The translations under genes were made by a program, and so were the position numbers. A DNA stretch of 64,000 bases from Eledone cirrhosa. Its lineage: Eukaryota. The stretch lies in the NCBI GenBank assembly GCA_964016885.1, contig OZ024744.1, positions 65,100,001-65,164,000 on the forward strand, read 5' to 3'. Under the pieces are notes generated by a model. That model ran no database searches. It worked only from the letters and a program-made list of their open reading frames with translations, and had not been told where the DNA came from. Below, one piece after another: positions 45,242-54,887 of the stretch; the stretch's first letter is position 1; each line of letters starts with the position of its first letter.

Positions 45242-45470
45242 TTAATTCTTTAGCATTTAAACTAGCTGTATCCGGCCAGAATTCTCCCACCTCTTTCTGT
45301 TCAAACCAATCATAACTGGTTGTTCATACTGATGTTAAGGTATTGTTCTTACAATAATTAATATCAAAATCTCATACATTCGATATTATGGGAAATAATT
45401 ATGTGAGGTAAAGCTTTTACCCTGAAAATACAATAGTAAATATAGAGTAATGTAAATGCTAAAGGGTTAA
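45242..45470. mobile_element. piggyBac-like TTAA MITE nested in a second TTAA-type element starting near 45121
   Basis: TTAA-TTCTTTAGCATTTAAA ... TAAATGCTAAAGGG-TTAA; body homologous to 39151-39345. Confidence 0.78.
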
Positions 45471-46119
45471 TAATGTTGTTTTGGTAGGTACTTATGAGGT
45501 TACAAAACACACATACACACATATACACATATATATATATACACTGTCCATATAGATGTAAATAAATACTACAGAAAAGTATACTTTATTACTGTTTTTA
45601 ATCAAAATAGCCATAAATAGTTATCATGAAGAGGTATAGATCATTACTTTTCTCAGTAATTCTAGCTATAATTAATATACGATGGTGAGACGTATCTCAC
45701 TGTGTAAATAACTTCTGCAAGACAAATATTTATTTATTTATATGTCTTTATATATGGTAGGAAAATATAGCAGCTATGGTGTTCACAGATAATCTATGGC
45801 TGGAAAGATGGATGCTGGAAGGATATGAACAAAGAGAAAATTCCAGAAGGCATGAAAGAAGAGGGATTGTACACTACATATGAGATGAGAAAAAGAGAGA
45901 TAAGTGGGTCGGGCATGTCTGAGTGGATGTGTAATCAGCCATCCATCTCTGAGGAGCAGAGATCATTGCAGTAGTATCAGTAGAAGAGACAAAGGGAGGA
46001 GACATCACGTCTGTGGTTGGAGTTGATCTATTAGTGACTTTATACCAAATAGTTGTGTGGATTTTCTCTGAGCAACAGCAGCACTATCCCTGATATAGGA
46101 ACAATATTCCATTGTCTGT

Positions 46120-49100
46120 CAGAATAATGACAGAATAATGACAGAATAATTAAAATAAGACTTGTTCTAAACAGAACTACTGTGACAGTAATATCTGCAT
46201 ACGCGCCCCAATCCGGACTGCCTGGTGCTATAAAAGACAGATTCTATGAGACACTGATGCTCACTACCTCCCAAATAACCGACAGTGACTATATAATTAT
46301 TGCTGGCGACCTAAATGGTCACGTTGGACAACATTGTGACGGCTATGACGGAATCCACGGAGGCTATGGGTTTGGTACTAGAAACGAGGAAGGCTCCAGA
46401 ATCCTGGAATTCTGTGATGCAAACAACCTAACTATCTGTAACACTAACTTCAAAAAACGAGACAATCACTTGATCACCTACAGATCAGGAGAACATACCA
46501 GCCAGGTAGATTATATCCTTACCAGAAGACGTGACAGAGTGTCTGTTGTAAACACTAAATCCCTCCCCAATAGAATGCACCTCCCAACATAGACTGATAA
46601 TTAGCGACCTCATAGTCAGGACGAGACGTACTAGACAGCAGAAGAGGACTATCCTCAGGAGAAAAATATGGAAGCTAAAGGATCCCACAGCCAGAAATAA
46701 ATTTCAAAGCATATTACTTGATGCTTTCGACAGTAAGGAAGAGCAATTAGAGTCGTACAAGGTAGAGGAACAGTGGGAATTCCTGAAAGCAAACCTGCTG
46801 ATGGCGGCAGACGAAGTCTGTGGCTGGAGCAGGCCTGTAGGCAGGAGGAGAGTAACATGGTGGTGGAACAGTAAGGTGGAGGGGTCAATCAAGGCCAAAA
46901 AGCAGGCCTGGAAAGCATGGCGAGATGGGGGAAGTAGAGAAGACTATCAAGTGGCCAGGAGGGAAGCTAGGAGACAAGTGTACTTCACAAGAAGGGAAGC
47001 AGAGGAAAGAAAGTTCAAGCATGTTCTACAACGCGAGGACCAAAAACGTGAGGTGTTCAGGATTGCTAGGCAATGTGTCAAGGAAAACCGTGATATTGTC
47101 GGGGAGAAGTGTGTACTTAACGATGATGGTGTACTTGCCATCACTGACGCTGATAAGAAGGTAACTTGGAAGTGTCACTATGAAAGGCTACTAAATGAGG
47201 AGAATAAATGGGAGAAAGACAGTCTCCCCCACATCGACCCAATAGAGGGACCAGCAGTGTTAGTCGAAGGTAGTATAATAAGTAAGGCAATCAAAGATAT
47301 GAAGACGGGTAAGGCGGCTGGGCCTTCGGAAATAGTTGCTGACATGCTGAAAGCCTCCGGTACGGTGGGACACACCATGGTGACCCAGATAGTAAACCAA
47401 GTCATACAGAATGGGGCTGTTCCGAAGGACTGGCGTAGCATCATCATCGTTAACTGTTACAAGGGTAAAGGAGACGCCCTAGATAGGAGTAACTATAGAG
47501 GCATTAAATTAATCGACCAGGTCATGAAGGTCACGGAAAAAGTAATAGCGCAACTAATCAGAGAGAGAATTGATCTAGATGAAATGCAGTTCGGGTTTGT
47601 GTCAGGCAAAAGTACCACAGACGCTCTTTTCATTGTACGACAACTACAGGAGAAGTACCTAGCTAAAAGTAAACCCTATACTTAGCTTTTGTCGACTTGG
47701 AGAAAGCCTTCGACAGAGTCCCCCGTTCCATCTGGTGGGCTCTTAGAAAACTAGGTGTTGACGAATGGCTTGTGAGAGCTATACAAGCCATGTATAAAGA
47801 AACAGTCAGCAAGGTTAGAATTAACAACGAATATAGTGAAGAGTTTAGCATAAAAGTTGGTGTCCATCAGGGCTCTGTTCTTAGCCCCCTACTATTTATT
47901 ATTGCCCTTCAGGCTATAACAGTGGAGTTCAAGACCGGCTGCCCATGGAAAATGGCCATGCTCAGTGTGTAGGAAAGGCGAAGGTAGAAACTCCATTTTA
48001 TGTCCCAAATGCAAAGTATGGGTGCATAAAAGATGTAGTGGGATCACAGGTAAGCTAACTAAGAACACAGATTTTACATGTGGCCGGTGCACTGGTGCAA
48101 TAAGTAGCAGCAAGTGCCCACAAAATACTAGCTCTTAGGGTACTATAGAAATAGTGGACAGCTTCCGTTACCTGGGTGACAAAATCAGCAGTGGGGGAGG
48201 GTGCTCTGAAAGTACAGTAGCTAGAGTCAGAACTGGATTGAAAAAGTTCAGAGAGCTTATACCACTATTAGCCGCTAAAGGGTTCTCCCTAAAAATGAAA
48301 GGCAGGCTGTGTGATGCCTGCATACGAACAGCAATGTTGCATGGCAGTGAGACCTGGGCATTGTGTGCATAGGATATACGCAGACTAGAGAGGAACGAAG
48401 CTTGCATGCTCCGCTGGATGTGTAATAGTAATATGCGTGAACGGCAAAGCATAAACGAACTAAGGAAAAAAATTAGAAATAAGAGGGATCAGATGTTGTT
48501 TACTCGAGAGAAGGCTACGTTGGTATGGTCACGTGATGCGCATGAAAGACGACAGCTGTATAACAAAGTGCAGGGCAATAAAGATAGATGGTAGCCATGG
48601 AGTAGGCAGACGTAGAAAAACCTGGGACGAGCTGATAAATTCGGACCTCACACACTTACACCTCTCCAAGACAATGCCACTGGACCAAGATCTTTGGCGG
48701 TACTCAGTAACAGAGAAGACCCGCCTTACCTAAATACAAAGTAAAACCTACTACAGTCAGTAGGCATCTCTAACAAAATACACCCCCGTCCCACCACCCC
48801 CACCCCATCCACACCACCCCTTTCAATGTAAAGTTATGTTGGTGCCACAACATCCAGGCCGAAACAAATGAGATCGTGTAGGTGTCACGACAAAAAACAC
48901 ACAGTCCACGCTGTAATGTGGCCGTGTAGGCAACACGGTAAAAACCTCCCAGTTCCACACTGTAAATGTGGTTGGTGTTAGGAAGGGCTTCCAGCCGTAG
49001 AAAACCCGCCAGACAGTCCACGCTGTAATGTGGCCGTGTAGACAACACGGTAAAAACTTCCCAGTTCCACACTGTAAATGTGGTTGATGTTAGGAAGGGC

Positions 49101-49232
49101 ATCCAGCCGTAGAAAACCCGCCAGACAGTCCTATGCGAGCAAGACAACCACTCTTGCCTCAAGCAGGAAAACCCCCGTCCAAACCCATGCAAACGTGGAA
49201 CATGGACGTTAAACGATGATGATGATGATGAT
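46120..49232 (+). mobile_element. Large RTE-clade LINE, inactivated (AP endonuclease, RT with PHD finger, long 3' UTR with internal duplication, (GAT)n tail)
   Basis: APE motifs VISAYAPQ, IAGDLNGHVG, GFGTRNEEG, QVDYIL; TWWWN; RT motifs in ORFs 46801..47685 and 47697..47972; YADD segment deleted; tail GGACGTTAAACGATGATGATG. Confidence 0.97.
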
Positions 49233-49239
49233 GTCTCAT

Positions 49240-49660
49240 GAATGCTTTGTTGAGGGTCATTAAAAGGTTGGAGTATTTTCTGGTTTCAAAAAGAAGTGCT
49301 AGTCTTTGAGATTCAGTCTTAGTAATGTAAAAAATAAATTTTTCTGATTGATTGTAAGGCAGGACAGTGCTTGAACTATTTTTTATTGAATGAAATAAGA
49401 TTGGAGGATGCTTTTGAAGTTTCTGATTGTCAAATCAGTGCAAGCCTGATGTGAGGTATCGAGATTGCATGTGGATGACAATTTGTTGGAGAAGGTTATG
49501 GAAGAGTATAAGGTGGTGTCATCTGAGTATGTGTGGGTATTGTTGGACAGGATGGCTAGTAAGTCAGTGATGTAGAGAAGAGGCATGGAGAATTGAACAG
49601 TTGATCAAGTGTAGGTCAGAGAAAGAGAGCCCATGTCCTGATAGTGCAATCGACTGAAGC
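49240..49660 (-). mobile_element. Old CR1-group LINE RT fragment
   Basis: LLYITDLL..THTYSDDTTLYSS resembles the YINDL..YADDTTL motif. Confidence 0.65.
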
Positions 49661-49811
49661 CAACAACTTAAACTGCTACCACCACTGTTGGTAAGGCTAA
49701 GGTCAACACTAACACAGAACGAAAGAAAACTACGGAAAAAAGGTGAACTTTTCTCCCTAAATATGTATGTAAAAACTAAATTTTTTCCTCCATATTCTTA
49801 TTATTTTTATT

Positions 49812-50005
49812 AAAGGCGGTGAATTGGCAGTATCGGTAGAGGGTTGGACGCCATGCTTTCTAACATAGTTACGCCCCTTTACGGTCTGAGTTCAAATCCT
49901 GTCGAGGTTAACTTTACCTTTCATCCTTATGGGGTCAATAAAATAAAGTACCAGTAATGCACTGGGTAATTGCTGGCCTTGTGCCAAAAGTAGAAACAAT
50001 TATTT
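49812..50005 (+). mobile_element. SINE family A, full length
   Basis: GGCGGTGAATTGGCAGTATCGGTAGAG head, GAGTTCAAATCC B box, CCTTTCATCCTTATGGGGTCAATAAAATAAAGTACCAG central domain, AT-rich tail. Confidence 0.9.
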
Positions 50006-50196
50006 TTATTAATATGCAATTTAACTGCATTATACACTTCCATTATTAAAAAAGCATATATAGCTGAAACCGGTACAATTAAATGCAGAAATCCCTATTT
50101 TGTAAATAAATGTTTTGATGTTATTCTGAGAGAAAATCCCTTTAACATTTTCTACTGTCTTTTTTTTCCTTTTATACTATTTTTTTATGTATATAC

Positions 50197-50228
<32 letters not shown>

Positions 50229-50229
50229 A

Positions 50230-50402
50230 TAGGTGTCACAACAAAAAGCACCCAGCACACACTAAATGTGATTGGCATTAGGAAGGGCATCTAGCCGTAG
50301 AAACCTAGCCAAAAGCAATTCTATATGAGTAAGATATGGTCACCTGGTTGTCTAAATCATACTAGCCTGGAAAATGGACGTTAAATGATGATGATGATGA
50401 TA
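50230..50402 (+). mobile_element. RTE 3' UTR fragment with (GAT)n tail
   Basis: TTAGGAAGGGCATCTAGCCGTAGAAAC and GGAAAATGGACGTTAAATGATGATG. Confidence 0.8.
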
Positions 50403-50414
50403 TATGTATATGCA

Positions 50415-50900
50415 AGGGGGTGAGTAATTTAGTTGGATGGAAGAAGGTAGATTTGGGGGGAGATTTAACAAATGCATGCAGTGTGGTGTTGGATACAAAG
50501 TGAACAGTGAAGGTAGAGGCTTTCTCTTTAGGGGTACTGCTCACAGACTTTCTCTTTAGGGGTACTGCTCACAGACATATCATGTTTGAAGAAGGAAGAA
50601 AGATTATTCTGCAAAATTGGTAAAAATCATTTTGGCAAAGGGCCAGAATGATTGACTACAATTTTTGAATGAAAAAGCATGAAAGCTGTGGAGGCATCCT
50701 TCCTAACTTGTATAGTAGCCTTTGAAGAGTTTCACTGTTGGGTAACCACTGCTATTTTTTTAGGTGGGGCACTTTTTCAGGGGCTGTAAGCCTCAAAGAA
50801 CATGGCCTACTGCAGTGCAGTGATCAGTGAGCCACTTAGTACTGTATGACAAGTATTTAAGTCCCATGATAATAGAGAAAAGCATTTGTTGGTTCACTAA
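50415..50900 (-). mobile_element. Old CR1-group LINE fragment (endonuclease-RT linker), probably the same insertion as 49240-49660
   Basis: STPKEKASTFTVHFVSNTTL resembles the EKA..F...F..NS motif; same strand and expected order; contains a tandem duplication of about 30 bp near 50520-50577. Confidence 0.45.
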
Positions 50901-51336
50901 TCACTGTGTATATAAATGACATCCTGACATCCCGTATGAATATTTTTATGAGACAGTGATATATTACCGAGTCACTGATATACCAAAGAAACTCATCATC
51001 ATCATCATTATTACCATTTTATGTCTACTTTCTATGTTTGTTATGAGTTAGGTGGGTTGTCATTTTATGAGGCTAGACAGGTCAGATGACTGTCTTGCTC
51101 ATATATTCTATTTTGGCATGGTTTCGATGGTCAGATACTGTTCTTCTACTACTGCACAGTGAGTACCAGATTCATTGTTTACCATGGCATCACCACAATC
51201 ACCTGACAGGGTGGTTTGGGTGACTATATTTTATTTTCCTTTTTAAAATATGACTTCCATCTCTAAGACAACACAGTAAAGTACAAGTTTAAAAAGTACA
51301 TCTCTATGTCCATGTCCTGAAGACTATGAATGTACT

Positions 51337-51542
51337 TTAACCCTTTAGCATTTACATTACTCTATATTTACTATTGTATTTTTGTGGTAAAGGCTTTACC
51401 TCATTATCGAATCTATGAGATTTTGATATTATTTACTTTGAGAACAATACTTTAACATCAGTATGAGCAGCTATTTATGGCTGATTTGAACAGAAAGAAG
51501 TGAGAGAACTCTGGCCAGATATGGCTGGTTTAAATGATTTAA
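51337..51542. mobile_element. piggyBac-like TTAA MITE, opposite orientation to 39151 and 45242
   Basis: TTAA-CCCTTTAGCATTTACATTAC; body is the reverse complement of 45242-45470. Confidence 0.78.
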
Positions 51543-51559
51543 CCATATCCAGCATGGTA

Positions 51560-51770
51560 ACAGTCACTCACAGGCTATCACTTTTCTCAGAAATATCATT
51601 AGTGTAAAGTAAGAGTAAGAATGAGTTTAGTGAGGAATTTAAGGTACAAGTAGGAGTTCATTGGGGTTTGGTCCTCAGCCCATTTCTGTTGATCATAGTT
51701 TTCAGAGTGGCTGTCCATAGGAACTTCTGTATGTTGAAGGCTCTGATTCTCAGCTGAAAGAATGGAAAGA
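51560..51770 (+). mobile_element. Decayed RTE RT fragment
   Basis: AGTGAGGAATTTAAGGTACAAGTAGGAGTTCA..GTCCTCAGCCC..GGCTGTCCATAGGAACTTCTGTATG aligns with 42110-42245. Confidence 0.75.
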
Positions 51771-51847
51771 ACTAGTTACAACTATTGTAAATGTGTAGTG
51801 AACAGAATTATTAAGTATTTTCCTTTGTGATTAAATGTATTTTCCTT

Positions 51848-52015
51848 TGGCGGAAGAATAGCATCACAGAGGTGATTTGGCTGAAGTAGCCAATCAGGAC
51901 CCTCAGCGGATCGAGACAAATTGCTGGACTACTTGGACCGAAGACATAGTTGGCTGACAGCGCAGAGAGACGGAGTTCACTGAACGACCTGGTAGCATCA
52001 AGATGTCCGACATTT
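51848..52015 (+). promoter_or_regulatory. Candidate promoter-like CpG-containing patch
   Basis: GGCGGAAG (ETS-like), AGCCAATCAG (NF-Y consensus) and CAAGATGTCCG (YY1-like) in non-repetitive, relatively GC-rich sequence. Motif evidence only. Confidence 0.25.
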
Positions 52016-52819
52016 GATATGCCACATTCTTTCACATCTCCACTGGAATATGCAGCCAACACGATGTGAAGACTTGGTCAACCTTCTCTTGTTATTTCGA
52101 TTCCATATTTGTACAACAAATAAAAGGGAATTTTTGTTATAACGGATTATGTCGTTTTTGTCATTGCCTTCTGAATCGATAAATATAATAATATCTCCAG
52201 CGACACTTAATCAACGTTATAAATGTATCCAGTTTAGAATAGGTACACATTATCCTTGCATGTTATAAGAGGTGTCTAAAAGGGTTGGTACAAGGAAGGG
52301 TATCCAGCCACAAAACATTTCTTCAAAATGGATCTCCTGATGAGTATGAAGCCTGTTATGAGGTCCATAAGACTAACTCCTTTCTACAGCAGGAAAAAAA
52401 TGGCCTTAAAATGCTTATTGTTGTATTTTAAATGTTGTATGTAAAATGGTGATGTGACTTATACATCATGAATATGTGTGTGTAGTTAAAAGGAAAACTG
52501 ATTTTATCTGAAGCATTTTCCCAGAGATTTTGCAGCAACATCATCACCAATACCATCAACAGCCCCATCACTACCCCCAACAACAACAACATCATCAACA
52601 ACAATATCAACAATAACATCATCAACAACAATATCAACAACAATTTCAACAACAACAACAATAACAACCACAACAATAACATTGGTAGTGACCACTATTT
52701 TGTTATTTTTAATGATTCTATCACTAGTAGATTCAGATGCTTTAAGAATTCTATCATTCCACCAATTTGAACTGGTACTTTAATGGATAAATTCCAAAAT
52801 GCATGTATGTATATCTACA

Positions 52820-53185
52820 TGATGGCTGTAAACTCTGCTAAGAGTACTGCAATCGCTTGTCAGATTACAGAGTTTGGTGCACTTTTAGGCTACGGCCAGC
52901 CACACGAACCTGTAACATATCCTGAACAAGCAATGCCTGTGCTTTAAAGGTTTTTTAAGTGGTGAAAAGCCTTGCACTCGACCAATCCCACTCTCTGAGC
53001 ATCAAAAACACTACCCGAAAAGGAGAACTGGTCAACATCATCCGATGCTTCTGAAGCCGCAGGTTTTTTTTCAGAGTTTCCCTCACCTAGAAAGGTGTTG
53101 TGACAACAACTGGGGGCCTTTCACTCCCAGGTGAAAAAAAAAAATATTATTTGGATGGCCGTTGACTCTGTTGAGTTCTTCATAT
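52820..53185 (-). mobile_element. Short internally deleted RTE-derived element (copy C)
   Basis: Shares GAGTCAA.GGCCATCCAAA, CTAGG.GA.G.AAACTCTGA, ATGATGTTGAC, GAGTGGGA.TGG and GCACAG.CATTGCTT with copy A; ends CAGCCATCATG. Confidence 0.65.
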
Positions 53186-53244
53186 CCTACATACATACAT
53201 GCATTTATACATACATACATATACACACATACATACAAGCATGC

Positions 53245-53755
53245 ATGATGGCTGCTGGCTGCCCCCTCATTTTTCGACCATGGCCATAGCACAAAAAAAA
53301 AAAAAGAAAGAACACATATATATTAATAATTTACGGTGCTGTGATCGAATGTGGCTTTTTATCCTAGCCAATGATCTAAAATGTCTTGCACAGAGTTGGT
53401 AACCATGATAAAAACATTCACTACCAATAGCTGGCTGTGGTTGGAGTTCATGTACTTTTGCATGTCGTTTGAACCCTCCTGCTGATCTACACTCTCTTCC
53501 ACATGCTTGGCAGGTATGATGAGTAGCATCTCCAATAGCAGTCTGGTAGTCAACCACTGGTCTCACTTTATGACTGCGAACATGACTTTTGAGTCTTGCA
53601 CAGATGCTGCATGTCAGTGCCATAGGAAAACCTTTACTGTCTGGAAATGCAATAGCAATGCCTTTCCTGACATTCCTTTTTACTTTCTTGTATGTGATTT
53701 GGAGATGCTTCAAAAGCAACTTTCCCCTTCATGTACAGTCTTTCTCCATTGATTA
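53245..53755 (-). mobile_element. RTE-type 3' end encoding three degenerate C2H2 zinc fingers (copy B)
   Basis: CSICARLKSHVRSH, CQACGRECRSAGGFKRHAKVH, CARHFRSLARIKSHIRSQH; tail GGCAGCC..ATCATG followed by (TATG)n. Confidence 0.65.
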
Positions 53756-53757
53756 TC

Positions 53758-53892
53758 TACATACATACATACATACATACATACATACATACATACATAC
53801 ATACATACATACATACATACATACATACATACATACATACATGCACATATGCATGCATGTTATATACATACATAATATACACACATACATAC
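53758..53892. repeat. (TACA)n microsatellite
   Basis: Directly visible. Confidence 0.95.
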
Positions 53893-54500
53893 AAACGTGG
53901 TGGCTGCCAACTCGTTTTCGAGTACGGCCACTACTTTATATCCATGTAGGAGAACCCCTACCGAAGCGCTGAACGAGTGTGACTTTTTAGTCCAGCCAGC
54001 GACTTGAAAGCTCTGGTACAAACACTACACTTGTGATAATTATTGACACAGTGCTGGGCCCATGGTACCATGTGAGGACAAGTGCAGAGAGATCTCCAGA
54101 TATAAAGCAATGTCTGTGCCGTGAAGCTTTTATAGTGAGCAAAGGCACTGCACAAAGCCAGTCCCACTCTCTTAACCAAGATGATATTTACCAAAAAGAA
54201 GAACAAGTCAACATCATTGGATACCATCAGGGTTGCAGATGTTATATCAGAGTTTTCCTTCTCCTAGAATTCTGCCTTGACAAAGGCTAAGGGGTCATCT
54301 CTCCCGGTGATTTTGGATGGCCATTGACTCTTAAGAGCTCCTTTGCCCTTTGACAGGTTTTGTTTTTAGTCCTGCAGGATGTCCAAAGTCACCCTCCTCA
54401 CCAAGAAACCTTGGTGGGGTTGCCAGTTTAGTCGCCAACGACCCGACCATGAGACAGGTTGTACTGGGATACATGTTACCAGTAGCACCAACTGGTGACC
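53893..54500 (-). mobile_element. Bipartite RTE-derived element: RTE-like 5' UTR joined to a C2H2-finger 3' end (copy A)
   Basis: CTAGGAGAAGGAAAACTCTGA 5'-UTR motif; CSVCTRAFKSLAGLKSHTRS; 3' stem-loop ACTCG-AAAA-CGAGT, then GGCAGCC and (TATG)n. Confidence 0.7.
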
Positions 54501-54544
54501 TGACATACAAACATACATACATGCATACATACACATATACACAC

Positions 54545-54735
54545 ATACTCCAAAGGGTCTTTGGAGTAACATTACTCGATAAAATGAGTAGCTCAGAGAT
54601 CAGAGAATTACTGTAAGTAGAGCCGCTACTTAACGAAATTGAGAGATCACAGCTCTGATACTATGGGCATGTGGTTAAAATGTCTCAGGAAAAAATCACT
54701 GGAGAGATTTTACGGGCAAAACCAACCAGCAGTCA
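54545..54735 (+). mobile_element. RTE (Expander-like) C-terminal fragment
   Basis: LQRVFGVTLLDKMSSSEIRELL*VEPLLNEIERSQL*YYGHVVKM. Confidence 0.8.
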
Positions 54736-54887
54736 AGTGACTTTGTAAAGGTTCTTTCCTTCATTTGCTTTTTATTCTATTGATTACTAAAGATTAAACA
54801 AAAAAGAAAAAAATGTTGATTCTAGGAGTATTTGAACTCAGAAGATAGACAAACAAATATTAAATACTGAAAATGATCTAATACAGT

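Noticed and set aside
46801-47685. 294-aa ORF as an active retrotransposon or host gene
   Set aside because: Flanked by frameshifts, and the YADD catalytic segment of this copy is deleted.
49812-49905. tRNA gene (also heads at 28173, 41477, 60545)
   Set aside because: A and B boxes are present, but I could not build a full cloverleaf and each head continues into a multi-copy SINE body.
52335-52360. CTGATGAG hammerhead-like core
   Set aside because: No stem II followed by GAAA.
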